Of a DNA stretch of 64,000 nt, positions 11,739-24,689 are shown in pieces; the stretch's first letter is position 1, and each line of letters begins with the position of its first letter. The stretch is from Nemertoderma westbladi (Eukaryota; Animalia; Xenacoelomorpha), in assembly GCA_032718475.1 (NCBI GenBank), contig JAUCBJ010003100.1:1-64000 (forward strand), read 5' to 3'. Under the pieces are notes generated by a model. The model had not been told where the DNA came from, made no database searches, and worked only from the letters and a program-made list of their open reading frames with translations. Made by a program: the position numbers and the translations under genes.

Positions 11739-14700
11739 GAGGCAGGGGTGGAGCTTGAGGTAGTCTGTAAGGGTATCCTTGTATCCTTCTACAAGGTACG
11801 CAGCGATCCAAAATTGACTTAACACGTTGTCTACCCTGTGGTATCCAGAAACGTGTCCGTAGTTGTATTAGAGTATCTTGAACACCACCATGAATAACTT
11901 GATTGTGAGCATCACTGATGATTAATGAGCTAAGGTGTGAATTTTTGGGCAAAATAATAGGAAATATCTGATCATATTTCAATTGAGCATTTTGAAGACG
12001 AGTTTCATACCGCAGAATATCATTCGTGTGAAATTGGACGAGTTGCCACATCTGCTGGATTACTAGTTCCAGGAACATGATTCCTAATATTTGATTTTTA
12101 AGGATCGGATTTCGCGGACCTTATTTTCGATAAATGGTTTGAACTCCTTGGTTGTATTGCGAATCCAACAAATTACATTTTGAGAGTCAGACCAACAAAA
12201 AAACTTAGGCGTGAGTTTGAGTGGTAGCAAAGAATCAAGAACTGTGTTTAGCAAGCGAGCTGCCAAAACTGCAGCCAATAGTTCTAGACGGGGCATTGAT
12301 GGGGGCTTAGATGAAGACTTCGATGAAGATTGTTCCTTCAAAGGTGCGACTCGAGACTTTGCAACCACTAGTGTAGATTGGGGGGTTTGATTTGGTTTCC
12401 GCAGACACAAGTAAATACATGCTGCATATGCCTTTTTAGATGCATCCCCGAATGCAAGTAACTCTCCATACTATACTAACAATGCATTTGAATCTGGAAA
12501 GTAAATCCTTGGAATGGTAATATCATTTAATGATGCAAGGTTATAAATGAAAGATTTCCGCCTTTTGTTTAAATCTGGTGACAATGCACTGTCCCAGTTG
12601 AATCCAATAAGTTCTTGAAATAATACCTTTAACTGGGTGACAATGAGACTAAAAAATCCCATTGGATCAAAGATGCGGCCAGTTATCTTGAGTATACTAC
12701 GTTTAGTAGGTGTGAGTGTGTCAATTAACTGAAGGATATTTCTAAATGAGTATTTGAAATCATCTTGCATTGGTGACCACTCAATGCCTAATACCTTTAT
12801 GTAGCTATTGTCAGTGTTCATTTGATTGAGTGTAAACGAATGGGAGGAAAGTGAATTTGTTGGGACTTGAGGTGGCTTGTGGACGCTATCAATCGATTGT
12901 TCACACTCATGTATAATGTGTTTTGCTGGGAGAGAATTTGATTCCCAGGACCTAAGATTAAATCCACCTCTCAAGAGCATAGTCTTTGTATAATAATACA
13001 ATGATAATATTTCGTTGAATGTGTCTGCGCCTGTTTGAAAGTTGTCAACATACAAATCATTGCCTAGTACATTGATTGCAGTACTAGTAGCATCATTCAC
13101 ATGTGGTGATTTGTTTTCCTCAGATAAATGATGACTAACAGAACCAAGTAATAAGAAAGGGGATGGGTTTAATCCAAATGGAACTCTGCACCACCGATAA
13201 ACCTTGACAGTATCATTGGCTTGATCTAAAGGATTCTGCATCCATAAAAACCTTAAAGCATCACGATGTTCAGAGTTTACTGAAACCATAAGAAAAGCTT
13301 TTTCAATATCTGCCAACAGCACATACTGATACAAGCGAAAGCGAATCATAATCGAAACAATATTTGATACCAGAGAAGGGCCAGTACACAATGTGTCATT
13401 GAGTGATAAATCATGTTTTGAGTCTCTGGCACTACCATCAAATACTATTCGCAGCTTTGTTGTGTTGTGATCTTCCCTTATAACGCAATGATGAGGGATA
13501 TAATGAGTGATGCCACATGATTCACTTGGATCATTAACTTCTTCAATAAAACCGCGTTTACAGTAGTCACTCAGAACTTCACTGTAACGATGATAAAGTG
13601 TGGGGTTGCGTAAGAAACGTTTAACCAATGATTGGAGACGTCCAAGTGAAAGTGAGTAATGATTTTGAAGTGGCGCTACATTGTCTTTCCATGGCAAGTT
13701 TACTGAGTATCGCCCATTTTCAAACATGATTTTCTTGTACAATCACAGGTATCATTGCTAGCAACTAAGGCTGCATTTTCTGTCGACATATTTTCGGGTT
13801 CTTCTATTGGTCCTGTTAACAACCAACCATAGACAGATTTTGTAGCAACAGGCTGATCACTTAGATGCCCTATGCGGACATTTCCAGCATCAACAAGATT
13901 GTTGTACAAATCTGCCCCAATGAGAACACCAATCTCTTTATGCGAACTGCGAAAGTCATCTGCAAGGTTAAGGTTGCGAAGATGACTGTATTGTTGTGTT
14001 TGGCACTCCTGTGGACCAAATGGAAGGCAAATAAATGGAACAGCTGTGGCCTCTACCACAATATTTGTTGTCCCTTTTATTAAATTGAACTTAACTAAAT
14101 TGCATTCAATTCTTTTCGGCATCCTTGACAAAAATGAATTAACGTGAATGAAACCCTTTCCAACTACTTCAAGATCAAGTTCGTTGCAGACTTTATTTGT
14201 AATATAACTTCGATGTGACCCTTTATCAAATAGAACACGAACATGAAGCTCCCTTTTATTCTTGGGATTGTAACATTTAAGTGTTGCTGTTTCCAATAAA
14301 ATTGAAACAGTTGTTTGAGTGGCGTGCTCTTGTTCATTGAACATATGTGATTGTCGAGTTATCGACGTTTGTGTTGTCTCACAAACTACCATATTGACAA
14401 CACCTTGACTAGGGTGGGCAATTGCCCTTTAATTTATTTGTGAGACTTGTGATTGTGGTTGAGCGCTTAATGATGCCGAATTGTGATTCAACTGAATTGC
14501 TGTGTCGGACATTCCAGTTGTCGAACTCGAATTGCTATGGACAATGGCAGAATTACTGACTGACTTGCCATTGTTTGCCGTGTAACAAATGCTTGAATGA
14601 TGCCCTTTGCGTTTGCAACTGAAGCACTGTTTATCTGCCTTGGGACAATTTGGTTTGAAATGGTTTTCGGATAAACAAATGAAACAACATTTTTCACTAG

Positions 14701-15067
14701 TGAGTTTTTCTCGCCTAGATTTGACATCTCTTATTGAATTGCATGATGAAGAATAATGATTGCCATTGCAAAATATGCAACTTATTTTGGGCTTTATAGC
14801 AACAAGTGCAGCAGTTGTAGGAACCATAGAAGAAACAGATGTGGATTTCCGTTGCTTGAAATTATCGTAAGTAGTGTTGCTTGCCAGTTTGTGTTGAGCA
14901 TGAATCTTCAATTCCAACTCACACAGTGTCCTAGTTTGTAATTCTGTCTGCATGTACTCTAGAAGCCGCTCAATGCCGATTGTATTGAAGTTTGGTTTCT
15001 TTCGCATTATCAACCTGAATTCTATTGGAAGTTTACTCATTACAACAGGTTTGAGACTTCATAGCTA

Positions 15068-16537
15068 GGTGGGATAAATATTTCTCCATTTGACGCAACA
15101 CCGCCGCGGCCGCTATGAGGGAGGTGAATACCGCGGCCGCTCCTAAAGCCGCAGGCCATCGCTAACTATATAGGTTAACTTGGGATTCTGGGGGACTTTT
15201 CGATGAAGGAAATGACCAAATTTTTTTATTTTCTCACTAGGGGAGCGGCTCGGAATTCTAAGATATTAGCAACTTTAACATTATTAAATCTAACCCTTCG
15301 ACGGACACGGCGGACAAAAAACCGTCATTTTTTCGACAATTTTAAAATTTTTTTGAAAGGCGCTCTACAGTGGCTCGAAAAAACCCTAGGTTATTGCTTA
15401 GCCGACGCCGGGATACGATAGAAGGGATTAATTAGTGAATTCGTTTTTTTTTTCAAAAAAGATTACCACGCCTTTTTTCCGAAAATGTCCGTCAAAGTTG
15501 AAAAAACGGACAAAATGACTTTGCGGGATCCGCTATAACTCGGCTAATATTAATCGTACGGGGACGAAAGTAACGCGGTTGGAAAGGGGAAGAGTGGTAC
15601 TACCTATTTATTACTACCTATTTATTTATTACCTACTATTTATTAAAATTTCGGGTGGAAAAAGGGGCTGTAAATTTGTACGTTTTTGTCCGTCTTTTTT
15701 GGAAAACTTATTTCCGAAATGTTTAATTCGACAACGCGGGTAGGAATCCACTAATTCTTTTATGAAACTCGTAGAAGACCATTGGGGCTACGTTCCTATC
15801 GAATGGGGGTACAAAAAATATGTCGGCAATAGGGGCCAAAAAGGGCCAGAATTTGTAAAGTAGTTTTTAACGAATAATTTTTTATTTTTAACTTTAGTTG
15901 GTTAAGGTACATTCTATACAGTCAATATCCGTACGGGGAATTCAAATATGCTATCGGTTTTGCTCCAAGGATGATATTAAAAAAATGAGGGCCAAAATTA
16001 TAATTTCGCGCTTCAAACTTGCTTCGCGGGAAATCGTCTTCCTCGAAAACTACTTAACTTACGGGAGATTTGTTTACACAGACTTATAGTGCGTTAAATT
16101 ATCTATCTAACAGCGTTAATCACAGCGCCGGAGGTATTATAAAACTGGAGCGGCAGGCGATCGTGTGAAATATAATATTTATAAAAAGGGACGAAAAATT
16201 TTTTATTTTTAACAAATCGCTATTCCATTATAATTTAGCGTATTGCGCCAAAAGTACCTGTAAAAAGTATCAAATTAACTCCGCTATCTTTTATCTTAAC
16301 ATATATAATTAAAATTACGAATTTTAAGGGTCGAAAAATATCGCGTTATTTTGGCCCTTTTTTTAAATTTTTTTGGGGCCAAAAATAACCCCTTCTCAAA
16401 AGATTAAGAAAAAAATTACGGCAAAGAATATACCAATTTTATTGAATTTGGTCCACCAGAACCGAAGTTAGAGCGATTTTAGTGAAAAAATAAAAATAAT
16501 TTTTTTTGCAAAAAAATTAAGAATGGCCAGGTCAATA
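15068..16537. repeat. Unclassified non-coding interspersed repeat, copy 1 (may extend to ~18100)
   Basis: Near-identical to 18107-19347 plus 21306-21521. Confidence 0.85.
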
Positions 16538-16603
16538 TTGGATTTCGAACCCGCAAACTTAGGTTTCATTAACGTGATTGATAACCACTAGACTATGTGA
16601 CCA
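16538..16603 (-). other. tRNA-like Pol III promoter remnant
   Basis: Minus strand A-box-like TAGTCTAGTGG and B-box-like GGTTCGAAATCC; no convincing cloverleaf. Confidence 0.4.
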
Positions 16604-19347
16604 AGAGAATTTGAAATTTTCTAGTGACTATTTTTAAACATCAATAACTTCGGTTCTACAGGGCCGTTTAATCTGAAACTTTTTCATTGGATAGAGGATA
16701 GATTGTAGTGTGTGAAATAGGATAAAACTTGGGAAAATACTTATGTGCACTTAGTGCAAAATGCACTTAAATAGTGAACATTTTTTCGATATTTCAAACA
16801 CTGTTATTTCCAGTTCTATTCATCGTAGAATGTTATTTTTTGGATTAAAATGTAGTTTGGAATGATTTCTAACTATAATCGTAACATTTGTTTAACTTTT
16901 TATGTCTATAAAGTGATTTAAAAATGTCCATGAATATGGTCCAAAATCGCAAATCCAGATTTATTAATTTGGATTTTTGACACTTTTAGCGACTGACACT
17001 TGATCATACACCATCGTAGATCGGTAGAGGATAAACATAAGTTTGTTAAATAAGAGCCACCATTACGATCTGCTAAAGTGCATTTGTACAAATAAGTGTG
17101 CAAAAGTGCAAATTTTTTAATAAGGTCAAATTATATAGTATTGGGTTCTTTTCTTTGCAGATACTTTATTTTCATATTAATATGTTGTTTGGACCTAACT
17201 GAGCGCATTAGGGGATATGCGTACAATAACCGGCCCTTATGAGGCTTCGATTGGGTAAATCAATAAAACATAAGGTTGTATAGTATAATATTCTAAAAAC
17301 CAGTGTGATATTAAATGCACTTTAAATAATAAATAGAGATCAAATAACAATTGGACCACACAATTAAAAACTCGCACAATTTTGTACTTATTATATCGCT
17401 TCAAATTAATTCAACAGTGGATATTTGTGGGAAGGGGGAAGTTACAGTGTGCATTCGGGGGAAGTTTGGTGAACTGCATTTATGCAGTGAATCCAAACTT
17501 CCCCCTTTGATATAACATATACTTAAGACATGCTAGGGTGACGGGGAAATATTTGTTACTGTCACACTTTGCTTCCATTTATCCTATCCTTTATTATTAC
17601 CCCAGTCAGATAAGAGATAATAAATCAGTAAAAACTAAACTAAACTGTCTTTCATGCAAACAAATTTCTAACTAAAGACGGGTGAATGACCATGACCATG
17701 GAAATAATTTTAAATATAATTGTATATCAACTATTTGGGGAGGCTTCCAAGTTAAACCCGAAAACAATTATTTTGTTACATATATAGTAAATAACGTTGT
17801 ATGTTCTTCTTCCTCTCATAATAAATATTAAATGAAATATCTCAGATAGCTATGCCCTGTAACATTTCACAACCAAAATATTTAAGTGTGAAAAGTGTAG
17901 GCCTACCACACTCCGCCCAAACAACCGCAAACGCATAGCCAACAAATTTAACAAAAGGTTACATACATGTTGGGTTCATGACGACATGAGTGAAAATTGA
18001 TCGCGTAATATAAAGTAAAAAATTAAGAGACGGGCTGGCTCTCCTCCACTTTCTTACCCAATGGAAATGTTGTTGTAATAATCTAATATTGGGGCGGCTT
18101 TCTCTCGGTGGGATAAATATTTCTCCATTTGACGCAACACCGCCGCGGCCGCTATGAGGGAGGTGAATACCGCGGCCGCTCCTAAAGCCGCAGGCCATCG
18201 CTAACTATATAGGTTAACTTGGGATTCTGGGGGACTTTTCGATGAAGGAACTGACCAAATTTTTTTATTTCCTCACCAGGGGAGCGGCTCGGAATTCTAA
18301 GATATTAGCAACTCTAACATTATTAAATCTAACCCTTCGACGGACACGGCGGACAAAAATCCGTCATTTTTTCGACAATTTTAAAATTTTTTTGAAAGGC
18401 GCTCTACAGTGGCTCGAAAAAACCCTAGGTTATTGCTTAGCCGACGCCGGGATACGATAGAAGGGATTAATTAGTGAATTCGTTTTTTTTTTCAAAAAAG
18501 ATTACCACGCCTTTTTTCCGAAAATGTCCGTCAAAGTTGAAAAAACGGACAAAATGACTTTGCGGGATCCGCTATAACTCGGCTAATATTAATCGTACGG
18601 GGACGAAAGTAACGCGGTTGGAAAGGGGAAGAGTGGTACTACCTTCGTATCGAATGGGGGTAAGATAATTATTAAAATTTCGGGTGGAAAAAGGGGCTGT
18701 AAATTTGTACGTTTTTGTCCGTCTTTTTTGGAAAACTTATTTCCGAAATGTTTAATTCGACAACGCGGGTAGGAATCCACTAATTCTTTTATGAAACTCG
18801 TAGAAGACCATTGGGGCTACGTTCCTATCGAATGGGGGTACAAAAAATATGTCGGCAATAGGGGCCAAAAAGGGCCAGAATTTGTAAAGTAGTTTTTATC
18901 GAATAATTTTTTATTTTTAACTTTAGTTGGTTAAGGTACATTCTATACAGTCAATATCCATACGGGGAATTCAAATATGCTATCGGTTTTGCTCCAAGGA
19001 TGATATTAAAAAAATGAGGGCCAAAATTATAATTTCGCGCTTCAAACTTGCTTCGCGGGAAATCGTCTAGCTCGAAAACTACTTAACTTACGGGAGATTT
19101 GTTTACACAGACTTATAGTGCGTTAAATTATCTATCTAACAGCGTTAATCACAGCGCCGGAGGTATTTTAAAACTGGAGCGGCAGGCGATCGTGTGAAAT
19201 ATTATATTTATAAAAAGGGACGAAAAATTTTTTTTTTTTAACAAATCGCTATTCCATTATAATTTAGTGTATTGCGCCAAAAGTACCTGTAAAAAGTATC
19301 AAATTAACTCCGCTATCTTTTATCTTAACATATATAATTAAAATTAC

Positions 19348-21294
19348 TTAATAAGGCTTATTCCACACCTACAGTCCTTATTTTCGGAGATCACATCATC
19401 GAATCGGCCACTGGTATGCAACAGGGTGATCCTAGTGGCCCTCTTCTCTTCGCGGTGGGAAAGGAGCCTGTCACCAAACTTGTTGGTTCAGAGCTGAATA
19501 TCTGGTATCTTGATGACGGTACGGTAGGTGGTACTACAGAGAGTGTTCTTTCGGATGTCGTGGCAATAATACCAGAGCTAGCGAAGATTGGTCTAATTGT
19601 TAATGATGCAAAGTGTGAATTGATACTACTCAACCATACACCAGAAGCCGCTACTGAGACAATCCACAAGTTCAGTCAGCTCCTCCCTAATATTAGGGTC
19701 CTAAACAAGGAGGACCAGGTCCTTCTAGGAGCTCCCCTTACACGGGATGCTATTGAACCAGCTATCCAATCAAAACTCAAGTCTCTCGAGGTGATGGTTG
19801 ATCGGCTGGTACATGTTGATGCACATCAAGGCTTCACCTTACTCAAGAATTGTCTGGCAGTCCCCCGGCTACAGTACACTCTGCGCACATCACCCACATT
19901 CAACAACACTGGTGACTTGCAGGAATTTGATACAGTTGTCCAAGATGCCCTTTCTAGTATCACCAATGTTAACTTTCAGGCAAAATCCATTACCCAGGGA
20001 TCACTACCAGTCAGTCTCGGGGGACTTGGGATCCGTAAGTTGGAAGATCTGGCACTGCCTAGTTATATTTCCTCTCTTCATTCCACCGATATCCTCGTTA
20101 ACTCCGTCCTCTCTAACACATTTGGACTGGAGCCATCGTGTGATTTGGCAGGAGCCGTCAAGGCATGGAGGGAGAAGTTCTCTTCAGTTGAGGAACCCAG
20201 TGGGGCAGCCAGGAATAACCAGAAAGCCTGGGACACTATCTCTGCGACTATAACACAGAGAGACCTGTTTGCCAAAGCGGATCAGGTCGAAACAGCACGC
20301 CTGGCTGCAGCAGCGCAAGTGGAGAGTGGGCTTTGGCTTCATGCGACCCCTATTCCATCTTTAGGGTCGAATTTGGATCGGGAAGCTCTTCGAATTGGTA
20401 TAGCACAGAGAGTTGGTGCACCTATCTGCCATAAACACACCTGCAAGTGTGGCAAGGAAGTGGATATTCTTGGGCACCATGCACTGTCCTGCCGAAACAG
20501 CATGGGTAGGTTCCCACGTCATGCAGCTCTCAACGATGTGCTGAAACGTTCACTGAGCAGAGCTGGTCTACCATCTGTCCTGGAACCTACTGGGTTGGAC
20601 AGGGGAGATGGGAAACGTCCTGATGGTATGACCATCTACCCCTTCTCGAAAGGCCGGTGCCTGGTATGGGATGCTACATGTGTGGATACCTTTGCCCCAT
20701 CCCACATTATTCGCTCTGCCATTGAGCCATCCTCAGCATCAGCAGCAGTGGGGGAGCTAAAGCGCGTGAAATACCGCAATTTGGGTCAGCAGTACCATTT
20801 CGAACCCCTGGCCTTCGAGACCACAGGAGTATTCGGTCCATCCACCATCAGCGTGTTAAAAGATCTTGGCCGAAGACTCATAGCGGAGTCAGGAGACCCA
20901 CGCGAGAGCTTGTGGCTGAAGCAACGCATCGGGATAGCCATAGTGAGGGGGAATGCCCTTTGTGTTCGGGGTTCAATCAGCGCTGTGGAATAGAGTTATT
21001 CTCGCCGAGGTAAAGGGAGTAGATCAAAGAGTCGTCGAGGTAAAGGGAGTAGATCAAGGAGTCGTGGAGGAAAGGGGAAGAAGAAAGGAAAGAGAGGAAG
21101 ATCGAAGGGGTGTGGGAAGAATGGAGTGGGAAAGTCGATATCTAATCAATTCGATGTTGCAGCTGGATGGAAGAAGTTGATGAGAGGAAAATAAACAGTT
21201 GGAATGTCATTACAGTACTTTAGGTTAATATGATTGTTTATCTTGTCTGTAAATTCAAAAAATAATTGATTTATATGAATTCCATCCAATTTCT
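19348..21294 (+). mobile_element. 5'-truncated CRE-clade (RT plus restriction-like endonuclease) non-LTR retrotransposon with 11-bp TSD ATTAAAATTAC
   Basis: TSD at 19337-19347 and 21295-21305; the empty site is seen in repeat copy 1 at ~16308-16318. Confidence 0.85.
19416..20993 (+). CDS. C-terminal half of a CRE-like polyprotein: RT, zinc knuckle, RLE endonuclease
   Basis: QQGDPSGPLLF, WYLDDG, GGLG, CKC..HALSC, RHAALND, RPDG...WD...FE motifs in an uninterrupted 525-aa frame. Confidence 0.85.
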   Translation: MQQGDPSGPLLFAVGKEPVTKLVGSELNIWYLDDGTVGGTTESVLSDVVAIIPELAKIGLIVNDAKCELILLNHTPEAATETIHKFSQLLPNIRVLNKEDQVLLGAPLTRDAIEPAIQSKLKSLEVMVDRLVHVDAHQGFTLLKNCLAVPRLQYTLRTSPTFNNTGDLQEFDTVVQDALSSITNVNFQAKSITQGSLPVSLGGLGIRKLEDLALPSYISSLHSTDILVNSVLSNTFGLEPSCDLAGAVKAWREKFSSVEEPSGAARNNQKAWDTISATITQRDLFAKADQVETARLAAAAQVESGLWLHATPIPSLGSNLDREALRIGIAQRVGAPICHKHTCKCGKEVDILGHHALSCRNSMGRFPRHAALNDVLKRSLSRAGLPSVLEPTGLDRGDGKRPDGMTIYPFSKGRCLVWDATCVDTFAPSHIIRSAIEPSSASAAVGELKRVKYRNLGQQYHFEPLAFETTGVFGPSTISVLKDLGRRLIAESGDPRESLWLKQRIGIAIVRGNALCVRGSISAVE

Positions 21295-21521
21295 ATTAAA
21301 ATTACGAATTTTAAGGGTCGAAAAATATCGCGTTATTTTGGCCCTTTTTTTTTATTTTTTTGGGGCCAAAAATAACCCCTTCTCAAAAGATTAAGAAAAA
21401 ATTACGGCAAAGAATATACCAATTTTATTGAATTTGGATCACCAGAACCGAAGTTAGAGCGATTTAAGTGAAAAAATAAAAATAATTTTTTTTGCAAAAA
21501 AATTAAGAATGGTCAGGTCAA

Positions 21522-21782
21522 TACGGAGCCCCTAAAGGGACATGGGTTTCCCCCTTTTTTTTCTAAGTCCGGCCCGGAGATACTATATCAGGCCCGGAGA
21601 TACTAAGTCCAGCCCGGAGATACTATCTCAGACCCGGAGATACTAAGTCCGGCCCGGAGATACTAAGTCCGGCCCGGCGATACTATCTCAGGCCCTGAGA
21701 TACTAAGTCCGGCCCGGAGATACTATCTCAGGCCCGGAGATACTAAGTCCGGCCCGGAGATACTATCTCAGGCCCGGAGATA
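21522..21782 (+). mobile_element. Single IS3EU-like terminus (TACGGAGCCCCTAAAGGGACATG) followed by a 20-bp subterminal tandem repeat
   Basis: Resembles the TACGGCGTCTCTAAAGGGTCA terminus at 23059; (GGAGATACTAAGTCCGGCCC/GGAGATACTATCTCAGGCCC)n; partner end not found. Confidence 0.55.
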
Positions 21783-22320
21783 AAATACAGCACAGGTTCA
21801 TAGATGTTATAGCGCTGATACAGCAATCAACAGAAACAAATTGGAGCCAAACAGCTAACTGGGTTAATTCCAGATCAATGGCTGTTCTACAAGTACAGAC
21901 ATCTTGACGGGAACATGGAAATTAAGTTTCACATTTCAATTTGTGAGATATTTAATATGGAGACACAAGAGTATTGTTAGCACAGCACAATACAAAGTAA
22001 TTACACGTTCGTGGGGCCTTCGGGCAGCACGAGAGCCTATATTAGAATAAAGTATATTATACTTATCTCTATTAGATATACGAAAACTGTCTTTCCTAAA
22101 ATATATATGAGTGAAGGCGATGCTATCAGTTTGTGATAAACTAGTTGTAAAACAGAGATCCATTTCAGTTTGCCATTACACACTTTAACTGTCATTTGTA
22201 AACCTTCTAACTAGGGCTATTTAAGTTAAGTGTGACATTTTTGTTTTACAATACTCTTCTCCTTCATTAGCCACGTTGCGCTCGTCCTGTTTTGTCTTAA
22301 AATAATTACCCTAAACGGAG

Positions 22321-22605
22321 ACTAGCGACCGTTATAACTATGCAAAGTCTCGAAACTGTGAGAGTAACTGCTGATTTATGGAAGATGGATACTCGTATCC
22401 ACTGTAAACTCGTTGCGTTCGTTCGTTTTGGACCAAACTTGAGATTCTTTCTAAACTTTTGCCGGACTACATACGTGCCAAGTTTCGTTTAATTTCATCA
22501 AGGAATAACCGAGTTAATAGCGATCAAAAATTTACGACGACGACGACAGACAACTCGTTAATGGTACCCATATGCTAAGGCTTCGCTCACTTCGTGGCTC
22601 GCCCC
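22321..22605. mobile_element. Possible short non-autonomous HINE-like element
   Basis: Starts ACTAG, has an (ACG)n microsatellite and an imperfect GC-rich hairpin near the other end. Confidence 0.3.
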
Positions 22606-23663
22606 ACATATATTCCAAGTTTCGGCTTTAATCTAATATATATAAATATGCATTGTCTGTCTGTCTGTCTGTTTGTCATCAGCTATACAATCGAACCCAT
22701 CTCGATGAAATCTCGCTTACTATAGCTCGTTAGAAAGGTCTCGCCCTAACTCGTTGCAACGTAATACTCAGACCCGTCTGAAGTTCCCCGTCTGCCGCTA
22801 GAGGGCGATTTTCGTGATTTTCGGGCGAAATTTATTGAATTATTTCGGTTCTTCTATCGGTAATTAATGATTTAGAGGGCTAACATTTATCCCACCTGGC
22901 ATAAAATTAACATGAGTAGATTCGCCGTGTCCCATTCTCACAAAGTTTTTATTTTATTCGAGTGTTTAATATAAATATGTATGATTATTTATTGATTAAA
23001 AATCAAATAGTGTATAAATATGTCATATTCGCCAAGCACGATCGAATTGGCCTATTGCTACGGCGTCTCTAAAGGGTCAAAATATAAATGAATAAAAACC
23101 TCTATGAAACAAGAAAAATGCCTCCATATTTGTTACTGCAGTAATAAATAATTGTTACTGCAGTATAAATTATTAATTACTGCAGTAATAAATAAAAATT
23201 ATTTTTTACTGCAGTATGAATTATTTGTTACTTCAGTAAAAAAAAAATTTATTTATTACTGCAGTAATAAATAATTGTTACTGCAGTAATAAATATTTGT
23301 TACTGCAGTAACAAATAATTATTGCTGCAGTAACAATTATTTATTACTGCAGTAACAATTATTTATTACTGCAGTAACAATTATTTATGACTGCAGTAAC
23401 AATTATTTAATACTGCAGTAACAATTATTTATTACTGCAGTAACAATTATTTATTACTGCAGTAACAATTATTTATTACTGCAGTAACAATTATTTATTA
23501 CTACAGTAACAATTATTTATTACTGCAGTAACAATAATTTAATACTGCAGTAACAATTATTTATTACTGCAGTAACAATTATTTATTACTGCAGTAACAA
23601 TTATTTGCTACTGCAGTAGCAAATATTTATTACTGCAGTAGCAAATATTTATTACTGCAGTAA

Positions 23664-23856
23664 TGTGGCAGCCCCACATAGATTATACAGTCTCAAAACT
23701 TTGTTATTACGGTTGCCTAGCAACCCTAGAGAGTAACGTATTCTGTTATTAGGCCGACGTACAGAATGGTACGACTGTACTGCAGTATGCCTTCAGCAAA
23801 GACTCGAACTTGAGTTTTGATAAGTTTTCATTTCGTGGCTAGACGCCATCACTACA
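23664..23856 (+). repeat. 5' LTR (TG...CA)
   Basis: Matches 27818-28010 with one substitution seen. Confidence 0.96.
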
Positions 23857-23962
23857 TTGGTGACCCAGCGTCTCAAGACGAACTCTTGAGACCGCGACTC
23901 GCAACACGATCCTGCAATCGAACTGGAACAGCCACCGACAGACCGAAACTGTGTTGACGACA

Positions 23963-24667
23963 ATGGCCGAAGCGACCGCCAACGCCGTTTCTATTAAACT
24001 GCCTCCTTTCTGGACCACCCAACCCGAGGTGTGGTTCGCCCAGGCGGAGGCACAGTTCCACATCCGCAGCATCACCGAGGACGCTACAAAATACTATTAC
24101 GTGGTGGGGGCCCTCGACCAGGAGACAGCCGCTCGCCTCCTAAAACTCATCCGGAACCCTCCCGCTACTGAGAAGTACCTCAAACTCAAGGGCCAACTTC
24201 TCAAGGCCTTCGGGCTCTCCCGACGCGAGCGCGCAGCCCGACTCTGGGACCTCGACGGCCTCGGTGACCGGCGCCCCTCGCAACTCCTCGGAGAAATGCA
24301 GGCGCTCCTCGGCGACGACAACGCGGGACTCCTCTTCGAGGAGGCCTTCCTCCGGCAGATGCCCGCCGCAATCCGCCTCCAACTCGCGGAGGAGGACTTC
24401 CGCGACCTCGACAGGGTTGCGGACCGGGCCGACGCGCTGTGGGAGGCCTCCCGGCAGACCCCACTCGCGGCCCACGCTGTCAGGAAACCGACGCCGGTCC
24501 CGCCGCAGCGAACCGGAAAGAACTCCTCGTCGGCGTCGACTCCCGCCCCGCGGGCCCTGAACTCGAACCCGGACTGGTGCTATTATCACCAGACGTTCGG
24601 CCCCACAGCCAGGAAGTGCCGCCCGCCCTGCAGTTACCAGGGAAACGCCCCGGCCGGCCGTTTGTAG
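23963..24667 (+). CDS. gag: Gag of the CsRN1-clade Gypsy element
   Basis: KLPPFW...[10 protein letters not shown]-terminus; [23 protein letters not shown] box; first ATG at 23963. Confidence 0.92.
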   Translation: MAEATANAVSIKLPPFWTTQPEVWFAQAEAQFHIRSITEDATKYYYVVGALDQETAARLLKLIRNPPATEKYLKLKGQLLKAFGLSRRERAARLWDLDGLGDRRPSQLLGEMQALLGDDNAGLLFEEAFLRQMPAAIRLQLAEEDFRDLDRVADRADALWEASRQTPLAAHAVRKPTPVPPQRTGKNSSSASTPAPRALNSNPDWCYYHQTFGPTARKCRPPCSYQGNAPAGRL

Positions 24668-24689
24668 CAGCTACAACGGCCGGCCACAC
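24640..24689 (+). promoter_or_regulatory. -1 programmed ribosomal frameshift signal
   Basis: G_GGA_AAC heptamer in the gag frame, then stem GGCCGGCCGTT(T)GTAGC/GCTACAACGGCCGGCC; pol is in the -1 frame. Confidence 0.85.

Larger units (their letters stand above)
8684..15055 (-). mobile_element. Decayed BEL/Pao LTR retrotransposon (gag zinc knuckles, protease, RT, RNase H, integrase), 5'-truncated and interrupted at 9654-11738
   Basis: Three CCHC-type knuckles (14429-15040); LFDKGSHRSY protease; ADIEKAFL and YVDN RT; PRLEL RNase H; integrase GIDMAGP, SDNG, EVEGVLNSRPL and QRPISLLYPLE; stops and frameshifts. Confidence 0.92.
18107..21521. repeat. Unclassified interspersed repeat, copy 2, split by the CRE insertion and cut off by an IS3EU-like end
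   Basis: Direct duplicate of 15068-16537. Confidence 0.85.
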
